Shown one piece after another: positions 9,787 to 17,973 of a DNA stretch of 64,000 nucleotides (position 1 is the stretch's first letter; every line of letters begins with the position of its first letter). The translations under genes and the position numbers were made by a program. The stretch comes from Bacteroidales bacterium (lineage in GTDB: Bacteria; Bacteroidota; Bacteroidia; Bacteroidales; UBA932), in NCBI GenBank assembly GCA_017625535.1, contig JAGAKR010000029.1:229-64228 (forward strand). The letters are read 5' to 3'. The notes beneath the pieces are model-generated. The model was not told the origin of the DNA. It did not search any database and saw only the letters and a list, made by a program, of their open reading frames with translations.

Positions 9787-10968
9787 CTACAATACAGGTT
9801 TTCCTACAGGCTCGAGACCAAGGCCCGGAGCATCATGCAAAGTTATCTTACCGTCTACAATTGTCATGCCTTTATAGCAGTCATTTGCAATGAGGAGGTT
9901 ACCGTCCAAGTCTGCCCACTCAGTCTTAGGTGCAATCTGAGCGCCTGCTGTAATTGCACAGGATGTCTCTGTCATACAGCCTATCATAAGCCTCATATCC
10001 AAAGACTGTGCAAGGCTCACCATCTCGCGTGCCTCACGCAGACCGGTACACTTCATCAGTTTAATGTTGATTCCGTGGTATGCTCCGTGAAGTTTCTTTA
10101 TGTCTGTAAGCCTCTGGCAAGCCTCGTCTGCAATGATTGGAAGAGGTGACCTCTCAGAAAGCCATGCAGTCTGGTCCAATGCATATTTGCTCATAGGCTG
10201 CTCAATCATATTCACATTGCGCTCATTGAGCCAGTTGATCATATCAAGCGCATAGTATTTGTCTTTCCATCCCTGGTTTGCATCAACACAGATAACTGTA
10301 TCTGTTACAGAGCGGATGGTGTTTATCATCATCTTGTCCTCAGCCTCTGTCCTTCCAAGTTTCACTTTAATTACCTTGTAAGGAGCTGCCTCTTTGGTTT
10401 TCTCCCTTACAACATCCTCTGTATCAAGACCTACTGTGAATGAAGTATTAGGACAGGTTGTAGGGTCCCATCCCCAGATCTTCCACCAAGGCTGTCCCAT
10501 CATCTTTCCTACAAGGTCATGCAGTGCAATGTCAATTGCAGCCTTTGCAGCACAGTTGTTGATTGCAATGCCGTCTACGTATTTCATAATATCCTCTATG
10601 AGGAACGGAGAAGCGAACTTGCCCAAATCAACTTTTTTAAGGAACTCCATTACAGAAGCCTGTGTCTCGCCAAGATATGGTGGCATTGCAGCCTCACCGT
10701 ATCCTGTATAGCCGTCCCAAGTGATTTTTGTAAGCACAATAGGGGTGGTTGTCCTTGAAGAGTTTGCAATTGTAAATACGTGTCTCATCTGGGCATCGTA
10801 TGGAATCCATGAAAGTTCCATCTTTTTGCTTCCCGATGACTTTTTGCCTCTCTCCGCCTGTGCAAAAATTGTAGCAGGATTAAGGACTGCAGCAGCTGCT
10901 GTAAGAAGACCTGCTGATTTGAGGAATGAACGTCTGTCTGTTTTCATATTGTGTATTGTATGTTTCAA
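9787..10968 (-). CDS. Dipeptide epimerase of the enolase superfamily (L-Ala-D/L-Glu epimerase family) with a Tat-type signal
   Basis: The MR/MLE catalytic pattern is present: VIKVKLG (KxK), DANQGW, IEQP, ADE and NIKLMKCTG. The N-terminus TDRRSFLKSAGLLTAAAAVL is twin-arginine-like. Confidence 0.85.
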   Translation of the reverse strand: MKHTIHNMKTDRRSFLKSAGLLTAAAAVLNPATIFAQAERGKKSSGSKKMELSWIPYDAQMRHVFTIANSSRTTTPIVLTKITWDGYTGYGEAAMPPYLGETQASVMEFLKKVDLGKFASPFLIEDIMKYVDGIAINNCAAKAAIDIALHDLVGKMMGQPWWKIWGWDPTTCPNTSFTVGLDTEDVVREKTKEAAPYKVIKVKLGRTEAEDKMMINTIRSVTDTVICVDANQGWKDKYYALDMINWLNERNVNMIEQPMSKYALDQTAWLSERSPLPIIADEACQRLTDIKKLHGAYHGINIKLMKCTGLREAREMVSLAQSLDMRLMIGCMTETSCAITAGAQIAPKTEWADLDGNLLIANDCYKGMTIVDGKITLHDAPGLGLEPVGKPVL

Positions 10969-10971
10969 ATG

Positions 10972-12195
10972 TTATTTATAAAGGGTTTTGATAGACCAGA
11001 TATCTTTGCCAGCATCTACATTACCCAAAATGCGCTGTGCCCTTACAAGACGTTTTGAACCGTCATAGTAGTTCTCATCTGTAGGGATAAGACTGTTGAT
11101 CCTCACTTTTGTTGCAGAGTGGATAAAGATGCCGTCACCAATGTAAATTCCCACGTGGGTGATGCGCTCCTTCTTCTCTGGTGTAGCCTTTGTTCCAAAG
11201 AAGATGAGGTCACCTTTCTTGAGGTTTGCAAGGGCCTCTTTAGTGTACTCGCCGTCATTCACGTATTTTGAAATGTCTACGTCATCACCTGTCAGGCACT
11301 GCTGCGACGCATCTCTTGCAAGAACTATACCATTAAGGAAATAGGTAGATTTACAGAAACCGCTGCAGTCTACAGCTTTAATTGAAGTGCCGCCCCACAT
11401 ATAAGGAACTCCTATGAACTGTTTTGCTGTTGCAATTATGTTGTCTGCTGTAGGGTTGCGGCTGTCGAGCCATTTGTTGAAGTCCATAACATCCCTCTGA
11501 GGTATGTAACCTGTCCTGCCGTCTGAAATTGCAACTTTTCTCCAATACATGCCGGCATCGCCCAAATCAAGAAGAATGTTACCCCATACAACATCACTAA
11601 CCATCTGGCTCATCTCAGAAGGGCCCTCATACATAGTGGTATACTTGGTTGTAACAATCACCTTCTTGGCAGCCTTATATGCATCAAACTCCTCTTTGTT
11701 CATATAAGTTATGCTTCCCGACGAAACCCAAGAGATATAACCCTCTGGGGTAATGGCCCTTGTCCAGCCACCCTTCTTCTCCAAAACCTGAAGAGGTGTA
11801 CCCATCATAACCTGAGTTGCAGACTCAGCACTGTATTTGCCGCTTGTGCGGAAATTGATAACCGACTGGTTAGATACTCCGTAGATCTTGCCCTCCAATG
11901 ACTCGTCGGGAAGAACCTTTATACTGTCAAGCACCTCTATGCCTTTATCTGCAAATGCTTTTACATATGCCTCCTTTGCCTGAGGCTGGTTTGTAACCCC
12001 TTTAAGGGCAAATCCGTTTGCAGTTTCCTCAAGTTTCACTTCAAGAGTCTTGCTCCTGCCGTCGGGAGCATACTGTGCTTTCATCTCCTTTGAGATTGTT
12101 TCAAATGCAGCAGCCTCTTTTGTTGTCTTTTCACCGCCACAGCATCCGTAAAGGGCAACTATAGGTAATGTTGCCAGCAGAATCAGTTTTTTCAT
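10972..12195 (-). CDS. NlpC/P60 cysteine peptidase lipoprotein with SH3b-like N-terminal domains (gamma-D-Glu-diamino acid endopeptidase-like)
   Basis: The start was chosen at MKKLILLATLPIVALYGCCGG (ATG at 12195), downstream of a -7 box. The catalytic segments are VDCSGFCKSTY and HVGIYIGDGIFIHS. Confidence 0.85.
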   Translation of the reverse strand: MKKLILLATLPIVALYGCCGGEKTTKEAAAFETISKEMKAQYAPDGRSKTLEVKLEETANGFALKGVTNQPQAKEAYVKAFADKGIEVLDSIKVLPDESLEGKIYGVSNQSVINFRTSGKYSAESATQVMMGTPLQVLEKKGGWTRAITPEGYISWVSSGSITYMNKEEFDAYKAAKKVIVTTKYTTMYEGPSEMSQMVSDVVWGNILLDLGDAGMYWRKVAISDGRTGYIPQRDVMDFNKWLDSRNPTADNIIATAKQFIGVPYMWGGTSIKAVDCSGFCKSTYFLNGIVLARDASQQCLTGDDVDISKYVNDGEYTKEALANLKKGDLIFFGTKATPEKKERITHVGIYIGDGIFIHSATKVRINSLIPTDENYYDGSKRLVRAQRILGNVDAGKDIWSIKTLYK

Positions 12196-12229
12196 AAGTG
12201 CAATAAGTCTATGTAATGAATATATTCTA

Positions 12230-12237
12230 CAAATATA
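12230..12237 (-). promoter_or_regulatory. -7 box TATATTTG upstream of the NlpC/P60-epimerase pair
   Basis: Plus-strand caaatata lies 35 nt upstream of the ATG at 12195. It falls inside the longer ORF-track extension, which argues for the internal start. Confidence 0.5.
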
Positions 12238-12303
12238 TGCAAAAAAATTAAAAAAGGGAAGCACAGACGCGCTTCCCTTTAATTTTCAATATCCAAGGGT
12301 AAT

Positions 12304-13800
12304 TTATTTGTCCTTGAGGATTACATCATGCGCACCGCCCTCAACAATTGAAGTTGAAGATACAAGTGTAATTTTTGCACTCTTCTGGAACTGAGGAATA
12401 GTGATTGAACCGCAGCTGCACATTGTAGATATAATCTTGCCAAGGGTAACCTCAAGGTTGTCCTTCATCTTTCCGGCATATGGAACGTAACTGTCAACGC
12501 CCTCTTCAAATTTCATTGCTCCCCCTTTGCCGCCCATATCATAGCGCTGCCAGTTGCGTGCACGGCTCGAGCCCTCGCCCCAGTACTCTTTCACATAATT
12601 GCCGTTAAGGTAAAGTTTCTTTGTAGGGGATTCATCAAAGCGGGCAAAGTAACGTCCCATCATAAGGAAGTCCGCACCCATTGCAAGTGCCAATGACATA
12701 TGGTAGTCATGTACAAGTCCACCGTCACTGCAGATTGGAACATAAACTCCAGTTTTCTCAAAATACTCGTCCCTTGCTGCCGCAACATCAAGGATAGCTG
12801 TTGCCTGTCCGCGTCCTATACCTTTCTGCTCGCGGGTAATGCAGATTGAACCTCCTCCAATACCAACTTTTATGAAGTCTGCACCTGCCTCTACAAGGTA
12901 ATCGAATCCCTCTTTGTCCACAACGTTTCCTGCTCCAATAAGGACTTTGCCATTGTAGGTCTCCTTAACCCAGGCGATAGTCTCCTTCTGCCACTCAGAA
13001 AATCCGTCAGATGAATCTATACATACAACATCTACACCAGCCTCAACAAGGGCAGGGACACGCTCTTTGTAATCTCGGCTGTTGATACCTGCTCCCACAA
13101 GCAGCTCTTTTGTCTGAGGATCCAACAACTCATTTGGGTTTTCCCTATGGGATTCATAATCTTTACGGAATACGAAATATACCAGATTCTGGTTCTCGTC
13201 TATGATTGGAAGGGCATTCAGTTTGTGGTCCCAGATCAACTGGTTTGCCTCTGAAAGGGTAATGCCCAATTTGCCTACTGTAAGTTTCTCAAATGGAGTC
13301 ATGAAATTCTTCACCTGAGAATCACGGCCGTCGTGGTCAATCCTGTAATCTCTGCTGGTAAGCATTCCAAGCAGTTTTCCATTAGGGGTACCGTCATCTG
13401 TAACACCCATTGTGGTATGGCCTGTAGCCTCTATAATGGCCTCAACATCTGCCAAGGTTGCATCAGGACGCACGTTTGAATCGCTTGGAACAAATCCTGC
13501 CTTGAACTTCTTCACTTTCCTCACCATCTCAGCCTGGCTCTCAATTGACTGTGAACCAAAGATGAATGACAATCCTCCGTTGCGTGCAAGGGCAATTGCA
13601 AGACCGTGGTCTGAGACAGACTGCATGATTGCTGAAACAAACGGAATGTTAAGTGAAATCTTAGGTTCCTCTCCTTTTCTGAACTTCACCAACGGGGTTT
13701 TCAATGATACATTCTGAGGGGTACACTCCTTGGTTGTAAGGCCTGGTATCAACAGATACTCTCCAAAAGTACGGGAAACCTTCTCTATAATCTGAGCCAT
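12304..13800 (-). CDS. guaB: IMP dehydrogenase
   Basis: The sequence shows a TIM barrel with a CBS-pair insert, the active-site loop [12 protein letters not shown] and [23 protein letters not shown]. The ATG at 13800 (MAQIIEK) is preferred over the TTG at 13815. Confidence 0.95.
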   Translation of the reverse strand: MAQIIEKVSRTFGEYLLIPGLTTKECTPQNVSLKTPLVKFRKGEEPKISLNIPFVSAIMQSVSDHGLAIALARNGGLSFIFGSQSIESQAEMVRKVKKFKAGFVPSDSNVRPDATLADVEAIIEATGHTTMGVTDDGTPNGKLLGMLTSRDYRIDHDGRDSQVKNFMTPFEKLTVGKLGITLSEANQLIWDHKLNALPIIDENQNLVYFVFRKDYESHRENPNELLDPQTKELLVGAGINSRDYKERVPALVEAGVDVVCIDSSDGFSEWQKETIAWVKETYNGKVLIGAGNVVDKEGFDYLVEAGADFIKVGIGGGSICITREQKGIGRGQATAILDVAAARDEYFEKTGVYVPICSDGGLVHDYHMSLALAMGADFLMMGRYFARFDESPTKKLYLNGNYVKEYWGEGSSRARNWQRYDMGGKGGAMKFEEGVDSYVPYAGKMKDNLEVTLGKIISTMCSCGSITIPQFQKSAKITLVSSTSIVEGGAHDVILKDK

Positions 13801-13831
13801 ATATATTTTCTCCAATTTTTTAAAAGTTTTG

Positions 13832-13839
13832 CAAATGTA
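13832..13839 (-). promoter_or_regulatory. -7 box TACATTTG upstream of guaB
   Basis: Plus-strand caaatgta lies 32 nt upstream of the ATG at 13800. Confidence 0.5.
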
Positions 13840-13875
13840 CTACTTTCTAAAATTTAGTACAACAAAAAATAATCA

Positions 13876-13883
13876 TATCTTTG
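13876..13883 (+). promoter_or_regulatory. -7 box TATCTTTG upstream of the YhcH-family gene
   Basis: The box matches TAnnTTTG and lies 40 nt upstream of the ATG at 13923. Confidence 0.5.
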
Positions 13884-13922
13884 TGCATTCTATAACAACA
13901 AACAAGAAATTCCTGTAGAAAA

Positions 13923-14393
13923 ATGATACTTGATTCTTTAAAAAGTTTTGAGAAATACCAGACCCTTCAGGACGGGTTTGACAAAGTTTACCAGTTCATA
14001 AGGAAAAACAATCTAAGCACCCTTGAGGCCGGCACATACGAGATAGACGGCAAAAGGGTATGGTGTACAGTTTCAGAGGGAGAATTGAAAGATGTTGAGG
14101 ATGCCAAACTGGAGATCCACGATTCATATATAGACATCCACGTACTGCTTGACGGTTCGGAAACAATAGGACTTAAAGACCGCAGCAAATGCAATACAGA
14201 CAACACCAAATACCAGGAGGCAGATGACATTGCATTCCTTGAGGAGGAGCCAGAAAACTATGTTGTAATGGGTGTGAACAACCTTGCAATCATTTTCCCT
14301 GCAGATGCACACGCACCGCTTCTTGGAGCAGGCAACTACAAAAAAGCTGTGTTTAAGGTACACGTAGGAAGCAACAGGTCAAAACTAAATTAA
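13923..14393 (+). CDS. YhcH/YjgK/YiaL (EbgC-like) family protein
   Basis: The 156-aa product contains GTYEIDGKRVWCTVSE...EIHDSYIDIHVLLDGSE...FPADAHAP, which is typical of this cupin-like family. Confidence 0.75.
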   Translation: MILDSLKSFEKYQTLQDGFDKVYQFIRKNNLSTLEAGTYEIDGKRVWCTVSEGELKDVEDAKLEIHDSYIDIHVLLDGSETIGLKDRSKCNTDNTKYQEADDIAFLEEEPENYVVMGVNNLAIIFPADAHAPLLGAGNYKKAVFKVHVGSNRSKLN

Positions 14394-14399
14394 TCTCCT

Positions 14400-15329
14400 G
14401 TGGAGAATAGATACAACTCCTTTGTAGGGTACTTCAAACAGAAGTACGGCTGTCGCCTGCAGAAAATTGTGGTGGACGCCGGCTTCACCTGCCCCAACAG
14501 GGACGGGAGCAAAGGATTGGGAGGATGCACATTCTGCAACAATGATGCATTCCACCCCAATTATTCCACTCCCGACAAACCCATCCGCCAACAGTTGGAC
14601 GAGGGGATTGGATTCCACCTGAACAGATACCGCACCACAGAAGACTATCTGGCATATTTCCAGTCATACTCCAACACATACGCACCATTGGAGCACCTTA
14701 AAGAGTTATATGCCCAGGCCCTGGCACACCCCAAGGTGAAGGGAATTGTAATAGGCACCCGTCCGGATTGTGTGGATGATGAGAAACTGGACTGGCTTGC
14801 AGAACTCTCCAAAGAGAAAATTGTAATTGTGGAGTACGGAATAGAATCGTGCTACAACAAGACCCTGCAGAGGATAAACCGCGGGCACAATTTTGAAACC
14901 GCCGTAAAGGCCGTTGAGGCCACCGCAGCAAGGGGGATCCACCAGGGTGCCCATTTCATATTCGGTCTCCCCGGTGAAACCAGGGAGGAACTTATGGGAA
15001 TGGCCCCAATCATAAACAGTCTCCCGATAAATTCTGTAAAGTTCCACCAGCTGCAGATAATAAAAGGGACAGAGATGGAGGCGGAATTCGCCCGCTGTCC
15101 GGAAGATTTTGTACAATTCGGATTGGAGGAATACATAGATTTCTTCATAGATTTTCTGGAACTGCTCAGGCCCGACCTCTACATAGAACGCTTTGCAGGT
15201 GAGGTTCCTCCACGCTTTGTAAACTCATCTCCTTGGGGAAAAGTGCGCAATGTGCAGTTGCTGCAGATGCTCCACAAAAGGCTTGAGGAGAGGGATACTT
15301 ACCAGGGTGCAAAATTATTTTGCAGATAA
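14400..15329 (+). CDS. Radical SAM protein of the YtqA-like family (FTCPNRDG...GGCTFC)
   Basis: The gene has a GTG start. The motif DAGFTCPNRDGSKGLGGCTFCNN is followed by TIM-barrel-like sequence. Confidence 0.85.
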   Translation: MENRYNSFVGYFKQKYGCRLQKIVVDAGFTCPNRDGSKGLGGCTFCNNDAFHPNYSTPDKPIRQQLDEGIGFHLNRYRTTEDYLAYFQSYSNTYAPLEHLKELYAQALAHPKVKGIVIGTRPDCVDDEKLDWLAELSKEKIVIVEYGIESCYNKTLQRINRGHNFETAVKAVEATAARGIHQGAHFIFGLPGETREELMGMAPIINSLPINSVKFHQLQIIKGTEMEAEFARCPEDFVQFGLEEYIDFFIDFLELLRPDLYIERFAGEVPPRFVNSSPWGKVRNVQLLQMLHKRLEERDTYQGAKLFCR

Positions 15330-15349
15330 AGAAAATATTTCTACTTTTG
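15319..15349 (+). promoter_or_regulatory. rpsO promoter: -33 TTTG (15319..15322) and -7 TACTTTTG (15342..15349)
   Basis: Both Bacteroides consensus elements are present with a 19-nt spacer, 43 nt upstream of the rpsO ATG. Confidence 0.6.
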
Positions 15350-15391
15350 CGCTCCCAATATTGGGACAAAATTTAAAAAACACTTTGCAAA

Positions 15392-15667
15392 ATGGCTGAG
15401 TATTTATCATCAGACAAGAAAGCAGAGCTTTTCGGCAAATACGGAAAGTCTAATACAGACACCGGTTCAGTTGAGAGTCAGGTTGCTTTATTTTCCTACC
15501 GTATCGCTCACCTTACACAGCACATGAAAGAGAACCACAAAGACTATGGTACTCAGAGATCACTTCTCAGATTGGTTGGTAAGAGACGTAAACTTTTGGA
15601 TTATCTGAAAGCTAAAGACATTGAGAGATACAGAGAGCTTATCAAGGCATTGGGCCTAAGAAAATAA
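15392..15667 (+). CDS. rpsO: 30S ribosomal protein S15
   Basis: The 91-aa product contains GSVESQVALFSYRIAHLTQHMKENHKDYGTQRSLLRLVGKRRKLLDYL. Confidence 0.97.
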   Translation: MAEYLSSDKKAELFGKYGKSNTDTGSVESQVALFSYRIAHLTQHMKENHKDYGTQRSLLRLVGKRRKLLDYLKAKDIERYRELIKALGLRK

Positions 15668-15688
15668 GCCCTTTACAAGGAATAAAAA

Positions 15689-15722
15689 AAGGTTGCATCT
15701 CAGCGGTGCAACCTTTTCTTTT
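15689..15722. terminator. Bidirectional rho-independent terminator between rpsO (+) and the rSAM operon (-)
   Basis: The stem aaggttgca / tgcaacctt has a 9-nt loop. A-runs and T-runs flank it on both sides. Confidence 0.8.
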
Positions 15723-15754
15723 GCCAATCTGCAGCAGGTGAAAACGGCAGATTC

Positions 15755-16189
15755 CTATTTGCGCATTGTAATTTTTGCATCTTTGGATTCAAACTCCCCT
15801 CTATACCAACCATCCCCCTCTTTAATCTGTACCATTTTAATATACACCGTATCTTTATAATACACTCCGGCTGTATCTTCAACTATCAGCGGTGCATAAT
15901 AAAACGTGTCAGACTTCCACTCCAGAGCCCCACCTTTCCTTACAACAACAAAAGTACCCTGGGAATCAGTATAAGTACTGTCGAGAGGCCATTTGTCCCA
16001 TCTTGGTTTTATTTTTATCCCCTCCAGCGGCTCCTGTCTCATATTCACCACTTTTCCCATTACGGTATAATCCATTGTAGGGGTACCGTATGCACAAGGG
16101 GACAAAGAAGCAAAAGAATCACAAGATACGGCAGCAAATCCCATCATTGTAAACAACCATTTTGAAATTTTCAGAACCAAGTTTTTCAT
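15755..16189 (-). CDS. Putative lipoprotein encoded directly downstream of the radical SAM/SPASM gene
   Basis: The 144-aa product has the lipobox AAVSC (Cys23) and a second Cys in SPCAYGTP (Cys32). A carboxypeptidase-regulatory-like beta-rich segment follows (YTVMGKVVNMRQEPLEGIKI...TDSQGTFVVV). Confidence 0.8.
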   Translation of the reverse strand: MKNLVLKISKWLFTMMGFAAVSCDSFASLSPCAYGTPTMDYTVMGKVVNMRQEPLEGIKIKPRWDKWPLDSTYTDSQGTFVVVRKGGALEWKSDTFYYAPLIVEDTAGVYYKDTVYIKMVQIKEGDGWYRGEFESKDAKITMRK

Positions 16190-16222
16190 AGCCCTTTACA
16201 AATTATTATATCAGCATTTATC

Positions 16223-17287
16223 TTAAAACCTATCCAAGTGGCAGAAGAGCAGTTTCCCATCTCCATTCCTCAGATGCATTCCGCCTCCAAGGCAATACCG
16301 GAACCATCTGCAGTTTTTGCACTCATCCTTTTTCATCCAGGAACGGTCTCTGTACGGCTGGTATCTGTTCTCCCACACATCAGTAAATTTTTCCCGATAG
16401 ATATTTCCCTGGGTATAATCTGCCCTTATGCTGGCACAGGCAGAAATTGAACCGTCTATAAGCACAGAACCAACCGAAGTGCCGGCCTGGCAGGTAAAGA
16501 GATGATCCCTCACCTGGCCCTCAAACTCACCCAAGAACCCCTCACATCCGTAGTTTGCATTTATCCTCCCCTCTTTGCGGGTATCTCTGATGAACTCCAT
16601 AAGGCCACGGAACTGCTCCTTGTCCAATTGCAGCATAGGGTCCTGGGCAGCCCTCCCTACAGGAAAAACCGTAAACAGTCTCCACTCCTTAAGCCCAAGG
16701 GAAATCAGATACTCTTTCAGTTCAGCAAGTGAGCCATAATTCATCTTGTTCACACAGGTTACCACATCAAACTTTATCTGCGGCTCCTTTGCAAGTATCT
16801 CTATTGCCCTGGATGCATTCCTGAAACTCCCCGGCACACCCCTCATCCATTCGTGCTGCTGCTCAAATCCGTCCAGGCTGATTGTAGCACAATGCATCCC
16901 GCTTTCCAACAGGCTCTCTATTCTCTGAGGTGTCATAAGATAGCCGTTTGAAACCACGCCCCACGGAAACTCCATATCATATATTGCCCTGCCGCATTGC
17001 TCCAGGTCCTTCCTCATAAGGGGTTCCCCTCCGGTAATCACAATCATCACCTTATGGGAATCATACTTCTGTTTCACATCTTCCAGCACCTTGCGGAAAT
17101 CGGCAAAAGGCATATCTCTTTGCTCTGCAGAAACCTTGCAGTCGCTCCCGCAATGGCGGCACTTCATATTGCACCTTAAGGTACACTCCCAAAAGAGCTG
17201 CCTCAAAGGATGCATCTCCTGCATCTCCTTTAGCAACTGCCTGTGCAGTTCCAATGCTATCCGCTGTCTTAATGAGAGTGTAGTCAT
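16223..17287 (-). CDS. Radical SAM enzyme with C-terminal SPASM-type auxiliary cluster domain
   Basis: The CxxxCxxC motif is CNMKCRHC and the GGEPL motif is ITGGEPLM. The C-terminal Cys pattern is CQAG...ACAS...CKNCRWFRYC...FCH. Confidence 0.9.
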   Translation of the reverse strand: MTTLSLRQRIALELHRQLLKEMQEMHPLRQLFWECTLRCNMKCRHCGSDCKVSAEQRDMPFADFRKVLEDVKQKYDSHKVMIVITGGEPLMRKDLEQCGRAIYDMEFPWGVVSNGYLMTPQRIESLLESGMHCATISLDGFEQQHEWMRGVPGSFRNASRAIEILAKEPQIKFDVVTCVNKMNYGSLAELKEYLISLGLKEWRLFTVFPVGRAAQDPMLQLDKEQFRGLMEFIRDTRKEGRINANYGCEGFLGEFEGQVRDHLFTCQAGTSVGSVLIDGSISACASIRADYTQGNIYREKFTDVWENRYQPYRDRSWMKKDECKNCRWFRYCLGGGMHLRNGDGKLLFCHLDRF

Positions 17288-17310
17288 TCCGGCCTGTGAT
17301 TATTTGTTTT

Positions 17311-17838
17311 TTACCTTACAATTTTTATAGGGTTTGAGCATTTGACTCCATCCAATTTATATACTTCTTCGGCTACCTCTGTATGCGATTGGTTGAATTT
17401 ACGGCTATAAGTAACAATATTGGATTTACCATCCGGCCAAGTTAAGGTCATTTTCTCGTTATCATAACTGTCTGCGCCATCAAATTCTGCAAATTTAAGG
17501 AACCAATTGGGCGAGGCACTTTCACTCCTCATCAGCTTTATGCCGTCAAAGTGAGGCAAATAGGCTTTAACTTTGTAGGTACTGTCCAAACACCCCTGAT
17601 CTATAATATCCTTTTTCCCCATAAAACTGATTGTGGTTCCAAGAAGCCAGGAATTGTCATTTGAAGGGTCGAGCAAGTCTTTGCCGTTGGCATCCACAAC
17701 TTGAATATTGAAGTGTATGGCAGACCAATCTATTATAAGTATATCATCAATCTGCTCTTCTCCACCACCTGCACTCAGAATTTTTTCACACCCTGTAAGG
17801 CACAAAACAAATGTTAAAGCCATCAATAAACGTTTCAT
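17311..17838 (-). CDS. Putative lipoprotein, first gene of the rSAM operon
   Basis: The 175-aa product has the signal and lipobox MKRLLMALTFVLCLTGC. I recognise no other motif. Confidence 0.75.
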   Translation of the reverse strand: MKRLLMALTFVLCLTGCEKILSAGGGEEQIDDILIIDWSAIHFNIQVVDANGKDLLDPSNDNSWLLGTTISFMGKKDIIDQGCLDSTYKVKAYLPHFDGIKLMRSESASPNWFLKFAEFDGADSYDNEKMTLTWPDGKSNIVTYSRKFNQSHTEVAEEVYKLDGVKCSNPIKIVR

Positions 17839-17895
17839 AAGCTATCTGATTTAGTCGTTTATTTATTAAACGCACGCATTCTACAAATACTGCAT

Positions 17896-17903
17896 CAAAT
17901 TTA
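17896..17903 (-). promoter_or_regulatory. -7 box TAAATTTG upstream of the lipoprotein/rSAM operon
   Basis: Plus-strand caaattta lies 58 nt upstream of the ATG at 17838 and just downstream of the pnp terminator. Confidence 0.45.
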
Positions 17904-17916
17904 AATTATTTTGGGT

Positions 17917-17945
17917 ATAAAAAAAGGAGTTCAATTGAACTCCTT
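17917..17945 (-). terminator. Rho-independent terminator after pnp
   Basis: The stem aaggagttc / gaactcctt has a short loop and is followed on the minus strand by 7 T. Confidence 0.8.
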
Positions 17946-17973
17946 TTATCAATTATTCATCGGGAAGAGAATA

